From NCBI GenBank assembly GCA_007695305.1, contig REEA01000095.1, positions 126 through 64,125 of the forward strand: a stretch of 64,000 nucleotides of DNA. The letters run 5' to 3'. Made by a program: the position numbers and the translations under genes. This stretch comes from Bacteroidia bacterium (GTDB taxonomy: Bacteria > Bacteroidota > Bacteroidia > Bacteroidales > UBA7960). Below, piece by piece: positions 38,369-46,913 of the stretch. Numbering within the stretch: the stretch's first letter is position 1; each line of letters opens with the position of its first letter. The notes under the pieces are model-generated. The model did no database searches. It saw only the letters and a list, made by a program, of their open reading frames with translations, and was not told where the DNA came from.

Positions 38369-39595
38369 TTATCTATGGGCTGTTATCACTTCACTCTCTC
38401 CGTTTTCAATGATGCGGATCGGGTCGCCGTTTGAAACCCTGTGGTGGCCCCGCACTATCAGTTTATCACCCGGCGCAAGGCCGCTTTTGACCTGCGTTTT
38501 GCCTTCCGCGTCGGGCCCTCTCTCTATATAGGTTTTATGTGCCACCATGATGCCGTTACGTTCCCCGGCAGTATATACATAATGCCCCTGGGTGTCGAAT
38601 CCGATCAGCATGGAGGGGATAACCACTGCATCTTCTACACCAAAGGTGGCAATGCTTACATTGGCCATCATGTTTGGCTTGAAACGCTCATCCTGGTTCG
38701 CAATACGCAACTGCATCCTGAATGATCTGTTTTCGGGATTGATCACATGGCCTATCCTGTGTATGGGTGTTTCCATGATTTCATCCGGAAAGGCCGGGAA
38801 ACGCAGTGTGACCATTTTGCCTCTCTCCACAAATGATAAATTGGCTTCGGAAACATCAGAGTTTATGTATAATTCATCAAGGTTGATGACCTTCATAATC
38901 GGGGTGCCCGGCATGGCGAGCTCACCCTCTTTGATATTGGTTTCGTCCACATAGCCCGCTATGGGTGAGCGCAATACCGACATTTCAAGCTGCGATTGCA
39001 GGGTAGCCAGACGGCTGCGCAGTGATTCCACATTATTGCGCGCCTCCAGATACTGGATCTCACTGCCTATTTCCTGTGCCCATAGCCTTTTCTGCCGTTC
39101 GTAAACTGTTTCTGCAAGGCGCAGGCTGGTTTTCACCTCCTCCACATTGCCTTCCAAAACATCCGTTGACAAACGGGCAACAATTTGCCCCCGGCTAACC
39201 TGATCACCCTTGTTTACGTAGATTTGTGTTACATGGCCACTTGTTTCAGGACTGATTACCGCTGTATTGACTGCTTCGACAGTGCCGCTGACCCTGAAAA
39301 AATTTTGAAATAACCCGGGTGTTATGGTATCCACAGAAACCGGTGTTTGCACATTGCGGGCCATTTGCTCACCACGCGCAATCAATGAACGCTCCATTTC
39401 GTTCACTTTTACCGTGAGTTCGTTGATCTCCTTGCGGTATTCTGTTATTTGCCTGCGAATGACATCCGGATGATCCTCTTCTTTTTCTGATTGACGGTCG
39501 CCACATGCAACAAAAAATATAGACATGATTGCCATTGTCAGCAATCCAATGGTCCTTGGCATTGATTTTCGTTTAATGGGGGTGTTCTGTATCAT
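38369..39595 (-). CDS. efflux RND periplasmic adaptor (membrane-fusion protein)
   Basis: Lipobox FFVAC, a coiled-coil hairpin, and barrel-sandwich and beta-barrel blocks. The track start at 39613 is TTG, so the ATG at 39595 is preferred. Confidence 0.88.
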   Translation of the reverse strand: MIQNTPIKRKSMPRTIGLLTMAIMSIFFVACGDRQSEKEEDHPDVIRRQITEYRKEINELTVKVNEMERSLIARGEQMARNVQTPVSVDTITPGLFQNFFRVSGTVEAVNTAVISPETSGHVTQIYVNKGDQVSRGQIVARLSTDVLEGNVEEVKTSLRLAETVYERQKRLWAQEIGSEIQYLEARNNVESLRSRLATLQSQLEMSVLRSPIAGYVDETNIKEGELAMPGTPIMKVINLDELYINSDVSEANLSFVERGKMVTLRFPAFPDEIMETPIHRIGHVINPENRSFRMQLRIANQDERFKPNMMANVSIATFGVEDAVVIPSMLIGFDTQGHYVYTAGERNGIMVAHKTYIERGPDAEGKTQVKSGLAPGDKLIVRGHHRVSNGDPIRIIENGESEVITAHR

Positions 39596-39654
39596 ATTGT
39601 CTCCTTTTATCAAAGTATGTTTATCTATGCTTTAATGATGATGATGCAACAGAT

Positions 39655-41019
39655 TTATCTGCCAAGTGCCCTTTCCACGTTATTTGTGGCATTGAGCAAC
39701 TCAAACATTGATTGATAATAATTTGCCTGGGTAGTTAAAAGCTGATCATTTGCCTGTGTGAGTTCCAGACTGGTTGCCATACCCTCCCTGAACATGATGC
39801 TTGTTCTGTGAAATATTCGTTCAGCCAAGGTTTTGTTTTCCTGTGCGTTCAGAAATGTTTCACGGGCTGTGCGGAAGTCGGCCAGTGCATCGTCCATCCT
39901 CAACATAAGGGCTTCGCTGACTTCTTCACGCTCCAGGCGGGCTTTTTCAAGTTCAAGGCGTGCCTGCTGTACCATGGATGAACGCATCCCACTTGAAAAA
40001 ATGGGAATATTCAGATTAACGGCAAAGTAAGTACTCGGGAACCAGGAACGGTCGCTTTCAAAAAAGCTGAACTCATTGCGCATGGCCATTTCCTGCCTCA
40101 CAAATGAAGCAGTCAAACTGGGCAAATAAGCTGTTTGCTCCCTGCGCAACACCATCAGGCTCATTTCTTCCCGCGAACGAGTAATCCTGTATTCAATGTG
40201 GTTTTCCAGATCAAACCCGGGGTCGAGGCTTATCTCACCCAGGAGTCTGTCGTGTAGTGTCTCAAGCTGATCTGTCAGTTCAATATGGGTAGCCTGATCA
40301 ATACCGGTCTGGAACTTCAGCAGATTGGTGACCATTTTTTCCTGGCGCTGAAGAGAAGCGATATTGTTTTCTATATTGGAAACCGTCAGTTGCAGCTGAT
40401 CCACATTGATGGGGTCGGTGAAGCCTTCCTCCAGCAGTATCCTGGTTTCGTCAAGCATTTTTTGCATATTTACCAGGTTTTGCCTTGTTATTTTCAGATT
40501 TTCCCGGGCGAGCAAAACCAGTATATAGGTCTCAGTAACAGTATTCCGGATATCAAGCCGCGACCTTTCCAGGTTTTCACCGGCCAGGTTGCGAAATATC
40601 CTTGATGCCCGGAGCCCTACAATATATTGACCGTCAAAAAGCAACTGCTCAATGGATGCGGTCGCGGTTAAACTGTGTGGTGTTCCAAATTGTATTTCTT
40701 CAAAATCACCCGGGGTTCCTCCGAAAAATTCGGCAGGCACAAGCGACGTCGGAATGTCAATAAAATAATTGTATCCCACCGATGCGGAAATTTGTGGCAG
40801 ACCGATGGCAGTGGTTTCCCAAATCTGTTGCTCTGCAATCCGCAGGTCGGCCTTCGCTTTCCTGATTGTGTAACTGTGTTCCACGGCGTATTCACGCGCA
40901 TCCATCAGGCTCAATTTCAGGACTTGCCGTTCTGCATCGGCCGGGTCTCCGGCATAAGAGGTAAATACCTTTAGAAATAAGAAATAGCCGAGAATCTGAT
41001 AGGTAGTCAATAACCGCAT
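39655..41019 (-). CDS. TolC-family outer-membrane efflux protein
   Basis: 454 aa with a signal peptide and the two-repeat OEP architecture. It is the first gene of the efflux operon. Confidence 0.85.
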   Translation of the reverse strand: MRLLTTYQILGYFLFLKVFTSYAGDPADAERQVLKLSLMDAREYAVEHSYTIRKAKADLRIAEQQIWETTAIGLPQISASVGYNYFIDIPTSLVPAEFFGGTPGDFEEIQFGTPHSLTATASIEQLLFDGQYIVGLRASRIFRNLAGENLERSRLDIRNTVTETYILVLLARENLKITRQNLVNMQKMLDETRILLEEGFTDPINVDQLQLTVSNIENNIASLQRQEKMVTNLLKFQTGIDQATHIELTDQLETLHDRLLGEISLDPGFDLENHIEYRITRSREEMSLMVLRREQTAYLPSLTASFVRQEMAMRNEFSFFESDRSWFPSTYFAVNLNIPIFSSGMRSSMVQQARLELEKARLEREEVSEALMLRMDDALADFRTARETFLNAQENKTLAERIFHRTSIMFREGMATSLELTQANDQLLTTQANYYQSMFELLNATNNVERALGR

Positions 41020-41157
41020 ATTTTGTCTGTATAATCGGTAAATAATGATATCAAACTAACCGATAATGCGGTTGTTTGTTCATGATAACATGCCAATGGT
41101 TAAACTATTTTTTTATGGAGAGATTCCCGGAAAACATGCTTTTAAAAACACTTTGAT

Positions 41158-41829
41158 TCACAACTGTTTCCTGTCGCCAAAGATGGCGCTGCCTACCCTA
41201 ACCATCGTGCTTCCTTCACCGATACCCAATTGGTAGTCATCCGACATCCCCATGGAAACTTCCCGGAAAGCATCTTTGCCGGCAAAATATTGCTGCTTGA
41301 TTGCATCAAAATATTTCTTCAGCTGCCGAAATTCATTCCTGACTTTTTCGTGGTCGTCAGTAAAAGTAGCCATACCCATTAAACCTTTCACTTCCACATG
41401 TTTCATGTCGCGAAATGCTTCGCTTTCAAGCAGCCGGCAGCACTCTTCATAATCCATTCCGAATTTGGTGCCCTCATCGGCAATATGCATCTGTAATAGA
41501 CAGGATACAATCCGGTCATTCTTTCTGCCTTCCTTGTTGATCACTTTGAGGAGCTTTAAACTGTCCACCGAGTGGATCAATGCTACGAAAGGTGCAATAT
41601 ATTTTACTTTGTTGGTTTGAAGGTGTCCAACCATGTGCCACTCAATGTCTTTTGGCAAGGCTTCATGTTTGGGCAATAGCTCCTGGGCCTTACTCTCACC
41701 AAAAACCCGGTGTCCTGCATTATACGCTTCCATGATTTCACCAGGGCTTTTTGTTTTTGAAACTGCTACCAGCTTTACACTTTCAGGAAGTGATTGTTTG
41801 AATGCAATGATGTTTGTTTTTATGTCCAT
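41158..41829 (-). CDS. yggS: YggS-family PLP homeostasis protein
   Basis: Contains VAVSKTK (PLP lysine) and an alanine-racemase N-terminal-like fold. Length 223 aa. Confidence 0.88.
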   Translation of the reverse strand: MDIKTNIIAFKQSLPESVKLVAVSKTKSPGEIMEAYNAGHRVFGESKAQELLPKHEALPKDIEWHMVGHLQTNKVKYIAPFVALIHSVDSLKLLKVINKEGRKNDRIVSCLLQMHIADEGTKFGMDYEECCRLLESEAFRDMKHVEVKGLMGMATFTDDHEKVRNEFRQLKKYFDAIKQQYFAGKDAFREVSMGMSDDYQLGIGEGSTMVRVGSAIFGDRKQL

Positions 41830-42033
41830 ATGTTTTCTGTGGTTATTATTGGAGGTAATGCATCTGCATTTTTTTTCTGATCAGGAAATGATTGTGCCGG
41901 TGGATACTGCCATGATTTCAATGTCAATGATAAAAGCAAGAATCCCATGTTTCCATCCTGTATGCAAAAATAATGAATAAGAAAAACTTTGGCTGATTTC
42001 TTTTTGGCATGTCAAAATAAAGGATGAACTGAT

Positions 42034-42041
42034 TATCTTTG
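42034..42041 (+). promoter_or_regulatory. candidate -7 box (TAnnTTTG) abutting the guaA start
   Basis: TATCTTTG ends 4 nt before the ATG at 42046 and 13 nt before the ATG at 42055. Confidence 0.35.
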
Positions 42042-42045
42042 CATT

Positions 42046-43575
42046 ATGCAAGAAATGATTTTGGTGCTGGATTTTGGATCTCAATACACACAATTGATAG
42101 CCAGGAGAGTAAGAGAGCTGGATGTTTATTGTGAAATACATCCTTACCATTATCGGCCGGAGCAAACCGGCCACATCCGCGGTGTTATTTTATCGGGCAG
42201 TCCTTTTAGTGTGCGGGATAGTGAGTCCCCCCGTCCGGATCTCAATTGGATAGGAGGGGAGACCCCGGTGCTGGGTATTTGTTTTGGTGCGCAATTGATT
42301 ACCATGATGCATGGGGGTGAGGTGCAGGCATCCTCTACCAGGGAGTACGGACGGGCGTTGTTGTCTTATGTAGCACCCGGTGAGCCATTGTTTGCCCATG
42401 TTGAGGAACAGGCGCAGGTGTGGATGTCACACGCTGATACCATTACCCGGTTGCCGGACAAATATTGCCTGATCGCGCGTACCAATGATATTGGTGTGGC
42501 GGCATTCCGTTCGCCCGACAGTAAGGTTTTCGGATTGCAGTTTCATCCGGAGGTTTACCATACTCCCCGTGGCAAAGAATTACTGAAGAATTTTGTTGTT
42601 GATATTTGTGGTTGCAGCCAGAGCTGGACGCCGGAGTCTTTTATTTCTGCAACTGTGGAGGAACTAAGAAGGCGCATCGGTACCGACCGCGTGGTGCTTG
42701 GCTTATCGGGAGGGGTAGATTCCAGCGTTGCTGCAACATTGCTTCACAAGGCCATTGGGAAACAGCTGCATTGCATATTTGTTGACAACGGATTATTGCG
42801 TAAAAACGAGTTTGAGGAAGTCTTGTTGTCATACGCAGATATGGGTTTGAATGTCAGCGGAGTGCGTTCGTCCCGATACTTTTTGGATGCCCTGAAAGGG
42901 ATAACCGAGCCGGAGGCCAAAAGGAAGGCCATTGGCCGCGTGTTTATAGAGGTGTTTGAAAGAGAGGCCAAAAAGATCAGGGAAGTACACTGGCTGGCAC
43001 AGGGTACCATTTATCCCGATGTAATAGAATCAGTGTCAGTAAAAGGCCCGTCCGTTACCATTAAGTCGCATCACAACGTTGGCGGCTTACCTGATATTAT
43101 GAACCTGAAAGTTGTTGAGCCCCTCAATTCCTTGTTTAAGGACGAGGTGAGAAAAGTCGGGCGCAGCCTGGGGATCCCGGCACGCATTCTGGACAGGCAC
43201 CCTTTCCCCGGTCCCGGACTGGGTATTCGCATTTTGGGAGAGGTAACCGGCGAAAAGGTAAAAGCTTTGCAGGAAGTGGATCATTTGTTTATCGGTGCGT
43301 TGAAATCGTCGGGCTGGTATCATAAAGTATGGCAGGCAGCTGCCATTTTGCTGCCCGTTCAATCGGTGGGCGTAATGGGTGATGAGAGAACCTACGAAAA
43401 TACCGTTGTGCTGCGTGCTGTTGAGTCAACCGATGGTATGACAGCTGACTGGGTGCATCTGCCCTATGGCTTGCTTGCTGATGTCAGTAACAAAATCATC
43501 AATAATGTCAAAGGCGTTAACCGCGTAGTTTATGATATCAGTTCAAAACCACCGGCAACCATAGAATGGGAATAG
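42046..43575 (+). CDS. guaA: GMP synthase (glutamine-hydrolysing)
   Basis: GATase Cys block [11 protein letters not shown]-loop SGGVDSSV, and the C-terminal dimerisation domain ending PPATIEWE. The true start may be 42055 ([11 protein letters not shown]). Confidence 0.93.
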   Translation: MQEMILVLDFGSQYTQLIARRVRELDVYCEIHPYHYRPEQTGHIRGVILSGSPFSVRDSESPRPDLNWIGGETPVLGICFGAQLITMMHGGEVQASSTREYGRALLSYVAPGEPLFAHVEEQAQVWMSHADTITRLPDKYCLIARTNDIGVAAFRSPDSKVFGLQFHPEVYHTPRGKELLKNFVVDICGCSQSWTPESFISATVEELRRRIGTDRVVLGLSGGVDSSVAATLLHKAIGKQLHCIFVDNGLLRKNEFEEVLLSYADMGLNVSGVRSSRYFLDALKGITEPEAKRKAIGRVFIEVFEREAKKIREVHWLAQGTIYPDVIESVSVKGPSVTIKSHHNVGGLPDIMNLKVVEPLNSLFKDEVRKVGRSLGIPARILDRHPFPGPGLGIRILGEVTGEKVKALQEVDHLFIGALKSSGWYHKVWQAAAILLPVQSVGVMGDERTYENTVVLRAVESTDGMTADWVHLPYGLLADVSNKIINNVKGVNRVVYDISSKPPATIEWE

Positions 43576-43654
43576 TTATCCACACTTGTACTTTTTGCCT
43601 GTATTTGTCGTATTATTATGAGATGAAAGGTCCATGAACAGATTTTGACACACA

Positions 43655-43758
43655 GGGGGATGGTTGTGGGAGATGAGAGCTGGGAGCTGAGAGCTGAGGG
43701 ATGAGACTTAAGGGACTTCAGAGACTTAAGGGAAGAGTAAGAAGTAGGCAGTAAGCAG
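43655..43758 (+). repeat. purine-rich degenerate tandem repeat (about 14-18-nt period, GGG-phased)
   Basis: GGGAGATGAGAGCT / GGGAGCTGAGAGCT / GAGGGATGAGACTT / AAGGGACTTCAGAGACTT / AAGGGAAGAGTAAG / AAGTAGGCAGTAAG. GGG runs start at 43655, 43668, 43682, 43698, 43712 and 43730. Confidence 0.7.
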
Positions 43759-43860
43759 TTTTGCTTTGCGGGCTTATCTTTTTTTTGCGGGCTTTGCGTG
43801 AATCATTTTATTCCTCGCAAAGGCCGCAAAAGTTAAATCACGCAAAAAGCGCAAAGAAAG
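43758..43860. repeat. TTTGCG / CGCAAA palindrome cluster with a strong central hairpin
   Basis: Four direct TTTGCG-type units are followed by four inverted CGCAAA-type units. The central hairpin pairs 43783-43800 (TTTTGCGGGCTTTGCGTG) with 43814-43831 (CTCGCAAAGGCCGCAAAA), giving 16 of 18 bp and a 13-nt loop. Confidence 0.7.
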
Positions 43861-44081
43861 GCTGTATTATACATTCGCAGCAGCTAAGAGGGGATTCGCG
43901 GTGTTAAACAGAACGCCCTGAAATGGCAGCTTAAAAAATAGTCACAAAAAGATAAAAAACACATAGTTGCATAACTATTAATACAATTTCACATTGGTTC
44001 AGCCATACAAAGCGTATGCGAAAGGAGCCTGACCGGTTAGCGGTCTGATTGGGTTTGTCGCATCGAAAAATGATTGTACAC

Positions 44082-46214
44082 ATGAACAGAATAGTTTTTT
44101 TGATGATTTTGATGGTATGCTCTTCGTTGCTCATGCTTGCGCAGGAGACAACCGAACAAACGTCAACCATCGTGAATCGTTCCACCATACCACAAACGGT
44201 GGATGGTGAGCAATACTATTTTCATGCCGTTTTGCGTGGTCAAACCCTCTATTCGATAGCCAGGGCGTATGGAGTGGATGAGGAAGTGATCATAGAGACC
44301 AATCCGGATATCCGTGATGGTTTGCGCTATGACCAGATCATTCGGATTCCGGTTACCGAACAGACATATGTAGATCCGGAAAAACTAAGGGAGCTTCCGG
44401 AAGAAGCAGCACCTGCCCTTGACGGTGATTTCGTGGAGCATGAAGTAAAAAGGCATGAAACGCTTTTCGGCCTGTCACGTAAATACGGTGTATCGCAGGA
44501 AACCATTCTTTTTTACAACCCGCAGGCCAGGGATGTGTTGCGGGTTGGCCAGATTTTGCGCATTCCCCTTCCCGAAGATGAGGCTTTACCACGGGGCTAC
44601 CGCCTCTATACTGTGGCACCGGGAGAAACCAGATTCGGGATATCCAGGCGATTTGGCATCAGTGAAGACGAACTCCTGCGTCTCAATCCGGAAATCGAAG
44701 ATGGCCTCCGGGCAGGCCAGGAGCTGATTGTCCCTAAAGAGGAAACAGCACAGGATGAACCGGAACCTCCCGGCGGATATATTTTCCTGCCCCCTGAACC
44801 GCCTGTTGCCCGCGCACCGGATATCGATCCCTATTGTTTGAACCCTGTGACCAAAGACACTTACCAGGTGGCTCTTCTTATACCATTGTATCTGGAGGAG
44901 GTTGAGTTTCCCGAAGACATCAAGCAATATATCATTGATGCACCGGTAGCTCCCCGGGTTGATACCACCGGTGCAGTTGTAAGTCCCCTTGGCCCCGGGC
45001 CCACCTTCCCCCGGCTGCCACCCGGCCATAAGGCTTTCAGTTTTTTGCCCTACTATCATGGAGTACTCATAGCCCTTGACTCTATCAGGCAGCAGGGCGC
45101 CAACTTCAAATTGCACGTTTTTGATGTCTGCCAGGATATCTCCAAGGCAAGACGCGTTACCGGTCAGCCAGGTTTCTCCGGAATGGATCTGATTATCGGG
45201 CCCTTTCACAGGCAGCCATTGAACCATGTAACCACTTATGCCAGACAGCATGGTATACCTGTTGTTTCTCCTTTGCTGTCGGAAAGAGACCAGCTAAACG
45301 GTTATGACAACCTTTTTAAGGCCACACCCTCACTGGAAGAAATGCTTCAGCAGGTGGCCGGTCACGTGGCTCAACGCTATCCCGGGCAAAACATACTTGT
45401 GGTTCACAACGGTCAGCCTGGAGCGGCACACATCATAGGTGAGTTTAGAGATAGTTTGCTTACCCGTGTAGCAAGGGTGAACCATCATTATGACAGCTTG
45501 CACCTGTCGAGGGTCAATGGTTATTATTTTGACGGAACCTTCGTGGGAAACCGGCGAACCAATGTCCTGGTGATGCCTGATGGCTCAACGCGACAGCCTG
45601 CCACCGGACAGATATCTGGCGTAAGGGTTCTCCCGCGGCCCAACAATGTGCGGGAGGTGATATACCGAAATGTGGGTATGCAAGGACTAATCCCGATGTT
45701 GAGACAAGATAAAAACAATGTTTTGATCACACTCATTGGCGGTGAACCATTCTTGTCAGACTATCTGCGTCAACTCCATGAGCTTCGCCATGATTATCAT
45801 ATCACGGTTTTTGGCATACCTCAATGGCAGGATTATGCCAGTATCGAAATCAATTATCTCCAGAATCTAAGGGTGCATTATTTTACGCCTGATTTCTATG
45901 ATTATACCGATCCACATATAAGGGATTTTGTGCTGAGGTATCGGGAGCTTTTCCAAACAGAGCCTGACCATGACGCCATCAAGGGAGCCAGAACAGCCTA
46001 TTTCTTTCTCCAGGCACTTCATGAATTTGGTGCGGGATTTCAACAATGTATGCCGCTGCTGAACCGGCAGGGGCACCACAGTCCTTTTGATTTTGGCAGA
46101 CCTTTCGGCCGGACGGGCGGATGGGAGAACAGGCATACCTTCATTTACCGTATCCAGAATTATCAAACAGTAGATGTCAATAAACCTGTGGAGATCACCA
46201 TTACAACTCCGTAA
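44082..46214 (+). CDS. secreted 3xLysM protein with a C-terminal type-1 periplasmic-binding-protein-like domain
   Basis: Signal peptide MNRIVFLMILMVCSSLLMLAQ. Three LysM repeats (YYFHAVLRGQTLYSIARAYGV..., HEVKRHETLFGLSRKYGV..., YTVAPGETRFGISRRFGI...). The remaining roughly 450 aa resembles the Leu/Ile/Val-binding-protein fold. The ATG at 44082 is preferred over the TTG at 44049. Confidence 0.7.
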   Translation: MNRIVFLMILMVCSSLLMLAQETTEQTSTIVNRSTIPQTVDGEQYYFHAVLRGQTLYSIARAYGVDEEVIIETNPDIRDGLRYDQIIRIPVTEQTYVDPEKLRELPEEAAPALDGDFVEHEVKRHETLFGLSRKYGVSQETILFYNPQARDVLRVGQILRIPLPEDEALPRGYRLYTVAPGETRFGISRRFGISEDELLRLNPEIEDGLRAGQELIVPKEETAQDEPEPPGGYIFLPPEPPVARAPDIDPYCLNPVTKDTYQVALLIPLYLEEVEFPEDIKQYIIDAPVAPRVDTTGAVVSPLGPGPTFPRLPPGHKAFSFLPYYHGVLIALDSIRQQGANFKLHVFDVCQDISKARRVTGQPGFSGMDLIIGPFHRQPLNHVTTYARQHGIPVVSPLLSERDQLNGYDNLFKATPSLEEMLQQVAGHVAQRYPGQNILVVHNGQPGAAHIIGEFRDSLLTRVARVNHHYDSLHLSRVNGYYFDGTFVGNRRTNVLVMPDGSTRQPATGQISGVRVLPRPNNVREVIYRNVGMQGLIPMLRQDKNNVLITLIGGEPFLSDYLRQLHELRHDYHITVFGIPQWQDYASIEINYLQNLRVHYFTPDFYDYTDPHIRDFVLRYRELFQTEPDHDAIKGARTAYFFLQALHEFGAGFQQCMPLLNRQGHHSPFDFGRPFGRTGGWENRHTFIYRIQNYQTVDVNKPVEITITTP

Positions 46215-46220
46215 GTCATT

Positions 46221-46880
46221 TTATCGCAGGTCAACCACCTCGATTCCCGGATGATCTTCCGGGCGAAATTCAAACCTGGACACTGGGATTTCTTTACCGG
46301 GTTTATACTCCGTAACTACATACCGGTAAATGCCACCCTGCCTGTCATGGGCTTCGGAGTAATATATCTGAAAGTCATCTTCACCGAGTGCTATCCTGTA
46401 TTTGAAAAAAACTTCCGGTTCAACCGGCACCAGGTCAATAATATGCACCTGTGTGCCTTCGATCAATTCGCTGCGCATCCATTTTGACCGGTAATCCCTG
46501 GCAAAATTTTCCAGAAGCGATGTGGGTGTAATGGCACCTTCAGTATCTTCAGCCAGGCTGATATGTACTTCATTGATACCTTCCATAAAAACCCATACAT
46601 ATTCGCCGTTGGAGATAAAATGATTGCCGCCTGTTTCCATATAATATTTGTCGCCTGTTGTATAGAGTTTTCCTTCCATTTCCTGATCAATATACCCATC
46701 CGAATCCAGAACCTGGTAATTAAAGCTGATAAACAGGCTTTCATGGCCTTTCAGGATCTCACTTGCACTGGAGAGGATCTGTTCCGCTTTGTCTTCATAT
46801 ATCCTCGGTGGGTCCTGTGTTGCATTGGCAGCAACATTTGCGGCAAACAACAGAAGTGTGAGTTTTAAAAGATAAGTCAT
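46221..46880 (-). CDS. lolA: LolA-like outer-membrane lipoprotein carrier protein
   Basis: 219 aa with a signal peptide and the LolA-like pattern (...GKLYTTGDKYYMETGGNHFISNGEYVWVFMEGINEV...). It follows ftsK in the arrangement conserved across Bacteroidota. Confidence 0.7.
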   Translation of the reverse strand: MTYLLKLTLLLFAANVAANATQDPPRIYEDKAEQILSSASEILKGHESLFISFNYQVLDSDGYIDQEMEGKLYTTGDKYYMETGGNHFISNGEYVWVFMEGINEVHISLAEDTEGAITPTSLLENFARDYRSKWMRSELIEGTQVHIIDLVPVEPEVFFKYRIALGEDDFQIYYSEAHDRQGGIYRYVVTEYKPGKEIPVSRFEFRPEDHPGIEVVDLR

Positions 46881-46913
46881 GATAAGATTTTTTTGAGAAA
46901 GTTTTGCCTATGC

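Noticed and set aside
43576-43584. A perfect DnaA-box 9-mer, TTATCCACA, directly after the guaA stop. It sits at the edge of a long spacer that also has an AT-rich stretch (43931-44000), which raised the idea of oriC.
   Set aside because: There is only one consensus box. Other candidates in the spacer match at most 6 of 9 positions, and no dnaA or dnaN is nearby. A single 9-mer in 64 kb counting both strands is within chance expectation.
43931-44188. An 85-aa minus-strand ORF spanning the end of the guaA-LysM spacer.
   Set aside because: It overlaps the signal-peptide-encoding 5' end of the LysM gene in antisense and has no recognisable features.
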